In this document: positions 55,316-64,000 of the stretch, piece by piece
Layout: every line of letters starts with the position of its first letter
Numbering within the stretch: position 1 is the first letter of the stretch
DNA from: an uncultured archaeon
GTDB taxonomy: Archaea > Hadarchaeota > Hadarchaeia > Hadarchaeales > WYZ-LMO6
Direction: 5' to 3'
NCBI GenBank assembly: GCA_938074535.1
Contig: CALJER010000005.1
Coordinates: 6,421 to 70,420 of the forward strand
Length of the DNA: 64,000 nucleotides
Position numbers and translations under genes: made by a program
Notes under the pieces: model-generated
The model's input: the letters and a program-made list of their open reading frames with translations, nothing else
The model's database searches: none
Told to the model about the DNA's origin: nothing

Positions 55316-56758
55316 TTAGAGAGGGGAGGGTTTATAAAGGTATCGTTGGGGCCCCAGGCCCCCCAGGGGGAAGACCTCCTCCCCGTACCTCAGGAAGATC
55401 CTGTGGAGGTGGTAGAGGGCCCTCGCCGCCCTCCTCACCGATCCGTAGACGGGAAGGCCGTGCTTCTTGAAGATCCTCCTGACCCTGTGGGCGAAACCCC
55501 AGTCGAGCTCAGGCGGATTGGAGATCAGCACGGGCTTTCCGAACCTGAGCTGCAGCTCCCTGCACTTCTCCGCCAGCTCCTCCAGGTACTCCTCCGTCAT
55601 CACCAGGTCGCGGTAGTAGGCCCCCATCTGCACCTCCAGGACCATGCCGTGGATGCCGTCGTCGGAGAGGGCCGTCTCCAGCACCCCTGGGAGGGCCCCC
55701 GAAACGAAGGCCGGCCAGACATCCAGCGGGTTCTTCAGGCTCGTGCCGGCGGCGGGCAGCATCCCCCGGAGCTTCTGCAGGGTCTCCTCCCCGAAGGTGG
55801 GAACCTGCAGACCCATCTCCACGCAGGCGTCGGTCTCCACCACGCTCACTCCCCCCGAAACCGAGGCCATGGAGACCCCCCTTCCCCTGGGTGGGGGGCA
55901 GAGGAGGAAGGCCCTGGCCGCATCCATCATCTCCTCGAAGCTCCCCACGGGGATCAGGCGGGCCTGCCTGAACACGGCCTCCCAGATCCGCTGGGACCCC
56001 GCCAGGGAGCCGGTGTGGGAGGAGGCCGCCCTGGCGCCCTCGGGTGTCATGCCTCCCTTCAGGATGAGCACGGGCTTCCTGGAGGCCGCCTCCTTCAGGG
56101 CCTCGAAGAGCTCCCTCCCCCTCCTCGTCCCCTCCACGTAGACCAGCAGCAGCCTGGTCCTCGGATCCCCGGCCAGGTAGCGCACGAAGTCGGGAGCATC
56201 CAGGTCCGCGGCGTTGCCGTAGCTCACCACCTTGCTGAACCTCACCTCCCCGAGCTCTCCCGCGGCGGTGGAGTAGATGGCGAAGGTCCCGCTCTGGGAG
56301 ACGAACCCCACCGGCCCGCTCTCGTGGGGCTGACCGTTGATGAAGAAGAGACCGGATTCCGGGCAGTACACACCCATCCCGTTGGGCCCTATTATCCTGA
56401 GCTTCCCCCTCGCCAGCTCCGCTATCTCCCTCTCCAGCCTGGCCCCCTCCTCCCCCGTCTCGCTGAAACCCGAGGAGTAGATGTGGACCGCCTTCACTCC
56501 CTTCTCCACGCAGTCCCTTATCACGTCGGGGACCACCCTGGCGGGCGTGCCCACGATGACGTAGTCCACGGGCTGGGGAACGTCGAGGAGGCTGGGATAG
56601 CACTTCCTTCCCATGAACTCCCCGTACCTGGGGTTCACCAAAAAGAGCCTGTCGCCCAGCTTCCCCTCCGAGATGGCGGAGATGTACCCCAGCGTTTCCG
56701 CGGAGGCCCCCACCACGGCCACGGACCTGGGGTGAAAAATTTCTTCCAGCTCCGGCAC
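55316..56758 (-). CDS. acetate--CoA ligase (ADP-forming), alpha subunit (CoA-binding / succinyl-CoA-synthetase-like)
   Basis: PRSVAVVGAS, PNGMGVYCPESG, phospho-His region SHTGSLAGS; 480 aa. Confidence 0.85.
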   Translation of the reverse strand: MPELEEIFHPRSVAVVGASAETLGYISAISEGKLGDRLFLVNPRYGEFMGRKCYPSLLDVPQPVDYVIVGTPARVVPDVIRDCVEKGVKAVHIYSSGFSETGEEGARLEREIAELARGKLRIIGPNGMGVYCPESGLFFINGQPHESGPVGFVSQSGTFAIYSTAAGELGEVRFSKVVSYGNAADLDAPDFVRYLAGDPRTRLLLVYVEGTRRGRELFEALKEAASRKPVLILKGGMTPEGARAASSHTGSLAGSQRIWEAVFRQARLIPVGSFEEMMDAARAFLLCPPPRGRGVSMASVSGGVSVVETDACVEMGLQVPTFGEETLQKLRGMLPAAGTSLKNPLDVWPAFVSGALPGVLETALSDDGIHGMVLEVQMGAYYRDLVMTEEYLEELAEKCRELQLRFGKPVLISNPPELDWGFAHRVRRIFKKHGLPVYGSVRRAARALYHLHRIFLRYGEEVFPLGGLGPQRYLYKPSPL

Positions 56759-56788
56759 TTTTCCTTTTTGCCGCGGCCCAAATAAAGC

Positions 56789-57820
56789 TTAATCCTTCCC
56801 CAGCACCCGCGAGATGCTCCTCCTGAAGGGGGGGCGGAGAATGCCCTCCTCCGTCACGATGGCCGTGACCAGCTCGGGAGGGGTGAGGTCGAAGGCGGGG
56901 TTGAGCACCCTCACACCCTCGGGCACCAGCCTCCTGCCTGCCACCTCCGCCACCTCCCTCTCCCCCCTCTGCTCGATCTCCACCTCCTCCGCCCTCCCTA
57001 CCGGGTCGAAGGTGGAGAGGGGGGCGAAGACGTAAAAGGGGACACCGTGGCGCCTGGCCAACGAGGCGATGGGATAGGTCCCCACCTTGTTTACCACGTG
57101 ACCGTCCCTGAAGACGCGGTCGGCCCCCACCGCCACCAGGTCCACCATCCCCTTCGACATGCAGTATCCCACCATCCCGTCCGTGATCACCGTCACCTCT
57201 ATTCCCTCCCTGGAGAGCTCCCAGGCCGTAAGCCTGGCCCCCTGGAGGAGGGGCCTGGTCTCCGTGGCCAGCACCCTCACCCTCTTCCCCCGCTTCCTGG
57301 CGAACCTGACGGCCGAAAGGGCCGTCCCGTACTTCCCCGGGGTGGCCAGCCAGCCCGCGTTGCAGTGGGTGAGAACGGTGGCGCCGTCCCCGATGAGCCC
57401 CGCCCCGTGTTCGCCCATCCTGCGCTCCGCCTCGTCGTACTCCCTCATCCTCCTCCTCACCTCCTCCACCGCCGCCCTGCCCAGGTCACCGCCCTCTCGG
57501 GCCGCCCTCCTCACCTCCTCCATCACCTGCTCCAGCCTGCGGGAGAGGTCGGCTCCCGTGGGCCTGGTGCCCCTCAGCCTCTCCGCCACCTCCTCCAGCC
57601 TCCTCAGCCTCTCCTCCGGGCTTCCCCTGGACCGTAGCGCGGCCAGGGCCAGCGCCATCGCCCCCGCCATCCCCACGGCAGGGGCCCCCCTCACCCTCAT
57701 CTCCCTGATGGCCTCCGCCACCTCCTCGGGGGTCCTGCACTCCAGCACCCTCACGGAGTGCGGAAGGAGGGTCTGGTCCAGGATCAGGACCCTGTCCCCC
57801 CTGAGCTCCACCGCCCTCAT
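56789..57820 (-). CDS. mtnA: eIF-2B alpha/beta/delta-like family isomerase: methylthioribose-1-phosphate isomerase (MtnA) or ribose-1,5-bisphosphate isomerase
   Basis: e2b2-family fold; ...GADRVFRDGHVVNKVGTYPIA...; convergent with MTAP. Confidence 0.8.
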   Translation of the reverse strand: MRAVELRGDRVLILDQTLLPHSVRVLECRTPEEVAEAIREMRVRGAPAVGMAGAMALALAALRSRGSPEERLRRLEEVAERLRGTRPTGADLSRRLEQVMEEVRRAAREGGDLGRAAVEEVRRRMREYDEAERRMGEHGAGLIGDGATVLTHCNAGWLATPGKYGTALSAVRFARKRGKRVRVLATETRPLLQGARLTAWELSREGIEVTVITDGMVGYCMSKGMVDLVAVGADRVFRDGHVVNKVGTYPIASLARRHGVPFYVFAPLSTFDPVGRAEEVEIEQRGEREVAEVAGRRLVPEGVRVLNPAFDLTPPELVTAIVTEEGILRPPFRRSISRVLGKD

Positions 57821-57847
57821 CCCGTCACCCTTATTCTCCCTCCCGTC

Positions 57848-59258
57848 CAGGTTTCCTGTGCCGGGAGAGATAAAAAGGGCGGCCGAGGTCCTGAGGGGCT
57901 ACAGGGGAAGGGACCCCGTGGAGATCGTCTCCCACATGGATGTGGACGGGATCTGCGCCGCCGCCCTCCTCTCCAGGGCCCTGGAGAGGGAGGGAATAGA
58001 GCACAGGGTAAAGTTCGTCCGCATGCTCTACCGGGAGGTGGTGGAGGAGCTGGACCCCGCCCCCCTCACCCTGTTCACCGACCTGGGAAGCTCCCAGCTC
58101 CCCCATCTCAGGGAGAGGTACCGCTCCGGCCGGGTCATCATCTGCGACCACCATCCACCGGAGACAGCGGAGGGGTGGGGGGGCCTCCTCCACCTCAACG
58201 CCCACTCGATGGGGATGGACGGGACGAGGGAGATAAGCGGGGCGGGAATGGCCTTTCTGTTGGCCAGGGAGCTCAACCCCTCCAACTCCGACCTCTCCCC
58301 CCTGGCGGTGGTGGGGGCGGTGGGGGATGTGCAGAACGCGTGGGGGAGGCTGGTGGGGAAGAACCGTGAGATCCTGGAGGAGGCGGTGAGGACGGGGAAG
58401 GTGGTGAGGGAGATGGACCTGCAGCTCTACGGGCGGCACAGCCGGACCCTCCTCCAGGCCCTGGAGGGCCTCTCCGATCCTCCCATCCCCGGCATCACCC
58501 GCTCCAGCGAGGGGTGCCTGGAGCTGGTCAGGTCCCTGGGAATACCCCTGAGGGGGGAAAACGGGTGGAGGAGACCCGCGGACCTCACCCCGGACGAGAA
58601 GCGGAGGCTGGCGGGGGCCCTGCTCTCCCTGGCCCTGGGCAGCGTCCCCCCCGAGTTCTCCAGGTACGTTCCGGGCCTGATCGTGGGGGAGGTCTACACG
58701 CTGACGGGGGAGGACCCAGAGCTGAGCGATGCCGGCGAGTTCGCCACCTGCCTGAACTCCACCGCCAGGCACGAGCAGCCCGTGATAGGGCTGGAGGTGG
58801 CGAGGGGGAACAGGGCCTACTTTCCCGCCGTGCTCCGCCTCCTCAGGCACCACCGGAGCAGCCTGGCCAGGGGAATGGAGCTGATCGAGGCGGGAGGGGT
58901 GAAGCTGGGTGAGAGGGGCTACCTCCAGTACTTCGACGCCACGGGGGTGGTCAAGGAGACCTTCACGGGCACCCTCGCCGGGCTCTCCCTGAGCTCGGGG
59001 AGGGTGGACCCCTTCAAACCGGTGGTGGGGATGGTCAGGAACGGGGGGAGGGTGAAGATCTCGGCCAGGTGCTCGAGGCTCCTCTTCCTGAAGGGGCTGG
59101 ACCTCTCCTCCTGCCTGAGGAGGGCGGCGGAAAGCGTGGGGGGGGAGGGGGGAGGCCATCCCGTGGCCGGGGGGGCCCAGGTGCCGGAGGAAAGGGTGGA
59201 GGACTTCCTGAGGCTGCTGGAGGAAAGGATGCTGGAGGAGGTCGCGCCTTCCCCCTGA
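57848..59258 (+). CDS. recJ: archaeal RecJ/GAN (Cdc45-like) DHH-family ssDNA exonuclease
   Basis: DHH motifs SHMDVDGICAAALL and ICDHHPP, DHHA1-like C-terminus GGGHPVAGG; GTG start proposed at 57848. Confidence 0.75.
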
Positions 59259-59280
59259 AAGCACCCCGGTCTGCCTCCCG

Positions 59281-60993
59281 CTATTTCTTCTCCCCCTTCC
59301 TGCGCTGCTGGGCCCTGTACATCCCCAGGATCTCCTCCAGCGTGGTGGCCTCCTCCGGCCTCCTGTCCTCCCTCACCCTCACGAACCTGGGGAACCTGAG
59401 CCCCACCCCCCCCGTGTGCTTCTCGGGGGGGCTGAGCTGGATCTCCTCGAAGGCCACCTCGAAGACCACCTCCGGCCTGAAGTAGGCATCGCACTCTATC
59501 TCCACCTTCACCTCCGGTGGGGGCTTCTCCACCCTCAGCCCCTCGAACATCTTCGTGAGCTCCTCCAGGTCCTCGTCCGTGTAGCCGCTCCCGCACCTGG
59601 TCACCGTCTTGTACTCACCGGTCTGCTCGTCCCTGGCCGCAAGCACGTAGCTCCCGAAGGTCCCCGCCCTCTTCCCCTTCCCGTAGTGCGCCCCCACCAC
59701 CACCAGGTCCACCGTGTCCACCTCCGGCTTCAGCTTCAGCCAGAGGAATTCCCTCCTCCCCGCCCTGTAGGGGGAGCCGAGCTCCTTGGCCAGAAGACCC
59801 TCGTGCCCCAGCGAGAGGGAGTGCTTCAGGAACTCCTCCACCTCTTCCTTCCTCCCCGTGACCCTCCTCTCCACCACCATGACCTTCCCCGGGATCGGCT
59901 CCACCACCTTCTCCAGCAGCTCCCTCCTCTCCGTGTAGGGCCTGTCCACCACGGTCTTCCCGTCCAGGACCAGGAGGTCGAAGAGGTGGATCTGGATGGG
60001 GAGCTCCTTGGCCATCTTCTCTATCCCGTACTTCCTCCTGCGCCTGAGCACCTCCTGGAAGGGCATGGGCTTCCCGCTCCTGGGATCTATGGCCACCAGC
60101 TCCCCGTCCACCACCACCCTCTCGCTCTTCAGGGCCTCCTTCAGGGGCTTCACCAGGTCCGGGAACATGGAGGTGTAGTCCTCCATCCTGCGGGTGAAGA
60201 GGTTGATCCTGTCCCCGTCCCTGTGGGCCTGGATCCTTATCCCGTCGAGCTTGAGCTCGAAGGCCGCCCTTCCCCCCATCCTTTCCAGGATCTCCTCTAT
60301 GCTCTCCGCCCTCTGGGCGAGCATGGGGTTCACGGGATGCCCCACCTCTATCCCCAGGGCCCTCAGGGCCCTCTCCCCCTGTGCGGCTGCCTTCGCCACC
60401 ACCGCGTAGTCCGTGGTGAGCATGTAGGCCTTCTCCACCTCCTCCGGCGGGAGGCCGAAGGTGGCGGCTATGGCGTCCCTCATCCTCCCCTCCGCTATTC
60501 CCACCCTCAGGTCCCCCAGCACCGTCCTGACCACGAACTTGGCCTCCGGGGGGGAGGCATCGCTCAGCAGCTCCGCCACCACGCCTATCTTCCTCTCCAT
60601 GGAGCCCTCCCCGGTGAGCTCCGGCAGGGACTTGACCTTCTCGAAAACCCTCTCCACCGTGAGGGGCTGGGAGAAGAGGGTGACCTGCTTCTTCGCCTTC
60701 ATCAGCTCCGCCGCCACCTCCCCCAGGTCCCCCACCTTCGCCATCCTCTTCTCTATCTCCGCCAGGGAATGCCCGGAGGCCTGGGAGAGGGCCTTCTTGA
60801 GCTGCTGGGGACCCACCCCGGTCTCCTTGGACACATACGCCGGCCAGGGCCTCCCCAGCAGGAGGTAGACCACGCGCTCCATCTCCTCCTTGGGGGTCTG
60901 CTTCAGGAGCTCCACGATGATGGCGTTCTTCTCCAGGTAGCCAGGCGTGCGCTCCAGCCTTTCCAGGGCCTCGGCCAGCACCCTGTAGAGCAT
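59281..60993 (-). CDS. lig: ATP-dependent DNA ligase (replicative, Lig1-like)
   Basis: Adenylation motif I KLDGIRIQAH; full DBD-AdD-OBD length of 570 aa; N-terminus MLYRVLAEALERLERT. Confidence 0.95.
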   Translation of the reverse strand: MLYRVLAEALERLERTPGYLEKNAIIVELLKQTPKEEMERVVYLLLGRPWPAYVSKETGVGPQQLKKALSQASGHSLAEIEKRMAKVGDLGEVAAELMKAKKQVTLFSQPLTVERVFEKVKSLPELTGEGSMERKIGVVAELLSDASPPEAKFVVRTVLGDLRVGIAEGRMRDAIAATFGLPPEEVEKAYMLTTDYAVVAKAAAQGERALRALGIEVGHPVNPMLAQRAESIEEILERMGGRAAFELKLDGIRIQAHRDGDRINLFTRRMEDYTSMFPDLVKPLKEALKSERVVVDGELVAIDPRSGKPMPFQEVLRRRRKYGIEKMAKELPIQIHLFDLLVLDGKTVVDRPYTERRELLEKVVEPIPGKVMVVERRVTGRKEEVEEFLKHSLSLGHEGLLAKELGSPYRAGRREFLWLKLKPEVDTVDLVVVGAHYGKGKRAGTFGSYVLAARDEQTGEYKTVTRCGSGYTDEDLEELTKMFEGLRVEKPPPEVKVEIECDAYFRPEVVFEVAFEEIQLSPPEKHTGGVGLRFPRFVRVREDRRPEEATTLEEILGMYRAQQRRKGEKK

Positions 60994-61156
60994 GCCTCCC
61001 CTTTTCCTCCAGGGGCCCCCGGGATATTTAGGCTCCTGGAGGAGGAGGTGGTCCCCCGGGATCCCGGTGGGCCCGCGGTGGGAAAAGGCTATAAAGAACT
61101 TCCGACCCAGTATGAATTGGCTGCGGCGGTGGGGGGGTCAGAAGGGAGAAGAAAGG

Positions 61157-61981
61157 ATGAACCCCGCCGCGGAACTGCTGGAGAGCGCGAGGCAGCTCGT
61201 TTCTAAGGTGAACGCCAAAAGCCTGATGGTGATCGCCTCCAGGGGTCTCCCGCCGGAGGGCGAGCCCAGGCCCCTCCTGGTGACGACGGAAGAGACCTCG
61301 GATCCCTCCTGCCTGCGTCTGGCCTTCCTTCCCCGGGAGAAGGAAAAGAAGATCATCCACGCCGTCTCCTGCGCCCTCTCCAGGGGAAAGCTGTCGGAGG
61401 GGGACTGGGTGGTCTGCCTGGTGGAGGGGGAGGGGGGCTTCCTGGATTCCCTCTTCCTCTACAGGGTGAGGGGGGGAGAACCCATCCTTGCCAGACTCGA
61501 AACCGAGCCCGTGCTCAAGGCCACCGTGGACCTGTGCAGGGAGCTGGCCCACCCCGGGGGGGAGAACCCCATAGGGGCAGCCTTCGTGGTGGGGGAGGAG
61601 GAAAAGGTCCTGGAGAGGTCCAGGCAGCTCATGCTCAACCCCTTCGAGGGACACGACATCAACATCACCAACAGGCACTACTGGGACCTGCTGAAGAGGT
61701 ATGCCAGAGCCTTCGACGGGGCCTTCGTGGTGGGGGGGAACGGCAGGGTGCTGGCGGCCATGAGGTACCTGGTGGTGGAGGGGGAGGTGAGGGTGCCGCA
61801 GGGGCTGGGAACGAGGCACAGGGCGGTGGCGGGCATAACCTCCCTCACCGGGGCCGTGGGAGTGACGGTGTCAGGGGAGGACGGAATGGTGAGGGTGTTC
61901 GAGCGCGGGGAGCTGGTGGCCAAGATCCATCCCCTCACGGGAGCGCTGGAGATCCTGAGACCAGAGGAAGTGGAGTCCTGA
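61157..61981 (+). CDS. dacZ: diadenylate cyclase DacZ (archaeal c-di-AMP synthase; pyruvate-kinase-C-like N-domain plus DAC domain)
   Basis: DAC motifs GAFVVGGNGRV, GLGTRHRAVAGITSLTGAVGVTVSGEDGMVRVFERGELV; about 274 aa. Confidence 0.8.
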   Translation: MNPAAELLESARQLVSKVNAKSLMVIASRGLPPEGEPRPLLVTTEETSDPSCLRLAFLPREKEKKIIHAVSCALSRGKLSEGDWVVCLVEGEGGFLDSLFLYRVRGGEPILARLETEPVLKATVDLCRELAHPGGENPIGAAFVVGEEEKVLERSRQLMLNPFEGHDINITNRHYWDLLKRYARAFDGAFVVGGNGRVLAAMRYLVVEGEVRVPQGLGTRHRAVAGITSLTGAVGVTVSGEDGMVRVFERGELVAKIHPLTGALEILRPEEVES

Positions 61982-62043
61982 GCATCAACCTTTGTCCATC
62001 GGGTTTCCCATCAGGCGGAAGCTGAAAAGGGCTGAGCAGGACA

Positions 62044-62070
62044 GAAAAATAGAAAAGAAAAATAAAAAAG
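62044..62070 (-). terminator. oligo-T terminator on the minus strand, downstream of the surface-protein gene
   Basis: Plus strand AAAAATAGAAAAGAAAAATAAAAAAGA reads as a T-rich run on the minus strand. Confidence 0.4.
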
Positions 62071-62083
62071 AGGGTTTCGGTGT

Positions 62084-64000
62084 TTACTTTCTTACCCTCA
62101 GTATCGCGATCGCAGCCAGGATCAGCGCTATGATCACCAGCACCACGGCGTAAGTGGCCCAGGGCGTGACAGTTCTGGTGACCGTCACGGAGGCAGAGCT
62201 GCTGTTCAGGCCGTCGCTGACTATCGCCATGATGGTGTTCGTTCCCTCGGAGAGGGCCACGCTGTAGGTGAAGCTGGCGGTGTTGCCGGTGCCGAACAGC
62301 GGCACCGTCACGCTGCCCGTTCCCACCTGTATCGTGAGCTTGATGTCGCTCCACTCCTCCCAGGGATCCTTGGTGACGGTTCCGGTGACCTCGATGCTGG
62401 CCTTGCTGGTCTTCGTGCCGGTCTTCGGGGAAGTGATGCTCACGGTTGGGGCGGAGGCGTCGTAGATGAAGTATCCGTAGAGGGTCCTGCCGCTCTCGTT
62501 CCCCGCTAGATCGGTGGCGGTCACGGCTATTCCGAGGGTCTTCCCGGCATAGGCACTCAGGTCGATGTTGGTGATAAGCCAGCTGCCGTCCGGGCCTGCG
62601 GTGGTCCTGTAGGCGGTGACCTCGGTCCAGGTGACCCCTCCGTCGATGGTCACGTAGACCGTGATGGTGGCACCGGCCTCCGCGGTACCCCTCAGGCTGA
62701 GGGTTCTTGTCTTCGTCCCGGCGGGATCGTCCAGCTCCCCACCCTTGATGCTCCCCACCAGGTTAGCCGGCGGGCTGGGTGGCTTCGTGTCCACCGTGAA
62801 CTTGATCCAGACGTTCTCGAGCCTGAAGTTGTCCCCCGCTATGACGCGGAGGATGTAGGTGTTGTCGGCGAGCTCGGTGGGCCAGGTGTTCTCGAAGGTG
62901 AAGGTGGTGAAGACGATTCTGCCCGCGACGTTGTCGGTCTGAGTGGGGTCAGCGCTGGGCACTAGGTTCTCCGCAATGGGTGTGCCGTTCTCGTAGCAGA
63001 GGCACACTCTGTACCCGTCCCTGTCATCGACGCCATCGATGACCCTGCTGTTCTCCACCCCCACGGTGTCCGCTATAATTACCCGGATGGTGGGCGTGTT
63101 GTCCTTGATGTACTGTCCGTTCTCCGGGAAGACGAAGGTAATGGTGGGCTTGGTGTTGTCGATCACCACGTTCTCCAGGTTCTCCTCTCCCACGTTGCCC
63201 GCCCTGTCCACGAAGTAGGCACCCACCACGTGCTTCCCGTCGGAAAGCGTCAGCGTGTAGCTGACCCTTCCGGTGGGACCCGCGGTGAGGGTGGCCACCT
63301 GCTGGTTGTCCACCAGAATCACGAGTTTCATGTTCTCGGGGCTGTAATCAGGTGGAACCACAGCCAAGTTGTCATTGTCAGAGGAGAAGGTGTGGTTTAT
63401 GGCAAAGCTGGAGCTGGGATCCCAGGCACGGGGGAAGCCCATTGCACGCAAGTCTGGCTTGCCCGGCTTCCTCCTGTCGATGAAGAGCTTGGCTTCGGAG
63501 ACGGTGGTGGAGTTACCCACGTCGTCCCTGGCGTTCACCACCGTGATGGTTGCCCAGCCGTCCCTGTTCTCGTTCTCGCTAGTGGTGTAGGTTCCGGTCC
63601 ACTCCGTGTTGTCGGCGTTGGGCGTCATGGTGAGGCGCACGTTCTCCCCGTTGTTCTCGGCCAAGAAGACGTTGTCGAAGGTGAAGGGCTCGTTACCCTT
63701 CACGGTCACCGTGACCTCCACTCCTCCCTTCACCCAGCTCGGGGAGACCGAGATGGTCAGGGAGGGGGCGGCGTTGTCCACGGTGATCTGCACGGGGGTG
63801 TCGATTATGATACCGGCGGTGTCGGTGGTAGTTACGTAGATGGTGTATGTACCGGCTGCGGTGGGCGCCGTCAGACTCACCGGGAACTGCAGGCTGTTGC
63901 CGGGCTTAAGGGTGTTGTCCCCTATCGCCCTCCAAGTCCCAGTAGCCTGCTCCCAGTTGGCCGGCACATTCTCAACACTCTCAAACGCCTCTACCTTCAG
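62084..64000 (-). CDS. large cell-surface protein with Ig-like/beta-sandwich repeats and C-terminal TM anchor; the N-terminus lies beyond the window end
   Basis: Thr/Ser/Val/Asn-rich repeats and a C-terminal PWATYAVVLVIIALILAAIAILRVRK anchor; local GC is lower than the window average; the ORF stays open to the window edge. Confidence 0.6.
   Translation of the reverse strand: MKVEAFESVENVPANWEQATGTWRAIGDNTLKPGNSLQFPVSLTAPTAAGTYTIYVTTTDTAGIIIDTPVQITVDNAAPSLTISVSPSWVKGGVEVTVTVKGNEPFTFDNVFLAENNGENVRLTMTPNADNTEWTGTYTTSENENRDGWATITVVNARDDVGNSTTVSEAKLFIDRRKPGKPDLRAMGFPRAWDPSSSFAINHTFSSDNDNLAVVPPDYSPENMKLVILVDNQQVATLTAGPTGRVSYTLTLSDGKHVVGAYFVDRAGNVGEENLENVVIDNTKPTITFVFPENGQYIKDNTPTIRVIIADTVGVENSRVIDGVDDRDGYRVCLCYENGTPIAENLVPSADPTQTDNVAGRIVFTTFTFENTWPTELADNTYILRVIAGDNFRLENVWIKFTVDTKPPSPPANLVGSIKGGELDDPAGTKTRTLSLRGTAEAGATITVYVTIDGGVTWTEVTAYRTTAGPDGSWLITNIDLSAYAGKTLGIAVTATDLAGNESGRTLYGYFIYDASAPTVSITSPKTGTKTSKASIEVTGTVTKDPWEEWSDIKLTIQVGTGSVTVPLFGTGNTASFTYSVALSEGTNTIMAIVSDGLNSSSASVTVTRTVTPWATYAVVLVIIALILAAIAILRVRK

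Overview
This 64 kb window is a densely coded, GC-rich (roughly 60-65%) archaeal chromosomal segment. The archaeal assignment rests on RadA, a multi-OB-fold RPA, RNAP subunit E'/Spt4, archaeal DnaG, methanogen-type SerRS, class I LysRS, ribosomal protein S3Ae, intron-containing tRNA, an archaeal SRP RNA and oligo-T terminators. Proteins are strongly Glu/Arg/Leu/Gly/Val-rich, which suggests a thermophile, but I cannot name the organism. I call about 80 CDS on both strands, three tRNAs (Thr-GGU with intron, Glu-UUC, Leu-UAG) and one SRP (7S) RNA that the ORF track does not show. Many gene pairs are translationally coupled by 1-4 nt overlaps (ATGA, GTGA, TTGA). Several promoters have an A/T-rich TATA element about 22-27 nt upstream of the start codon, consistent with leaderless transcripts. 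The recognisable functional blocks are listed below.
- Amino-sugar activation: GlmM and GlmU.
- Ribosome and translation: S3Ae, methanogen-type SerRS, Pcc1, class I LysRS, Mtq2.
- Recombination and replication: an RPA-RadA operon, DnaG, ATP-dependent DNA ligase, RecJ/GAN, XPD-XPF, endonuclease V.
- Mevalonate pathway: class II HMG-CoA reductase, and an HMGS-DUF35 fusion with thiolase.
- Nickel accessory pair: CooC and a CooT-like protein.
- Riboflavin operon: RbkR-ribB-ribC-ribH-arfB.
- Gluconeogenesis: bifunctional FBP aldolase/phosphatase, and a bacterial-type class I GAPDH abutting an archaeal-type PGK.
- Acyl-CoA metabolism: CoA-transferase III, crotonase, tautomerase, flavin reductase, acyl-CoA dehydrogenase, ADP-forming ACS alpha.
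- Methionine salvage: MTAP and MtnA.
- Oxidative stress: desulfoferrodoxin.
- c-di-AMP signalling: DacZ.
The most unusual item is an operon of a Zn-ribbon protein, a winged-helix-fused LigD-type primase-polymerase (PolDom) and an Ldh_2-family dehydrogenase. A stand-alone LigD 3'-phosphoesterase gene elsewhere in the window is start/stop-coupled to an aconitase-family gene. I found no CRISPR array, no IS/transposase or integrase, and no rRNA. Many long ORFs in the supplied track are GC-rich antisense or alternative-frame artefacts, recognisable by low-complexity Pro/Gly/Arg-rich translations, and were not called. All calls come from reading translations and motifs; none has been checked against a database.
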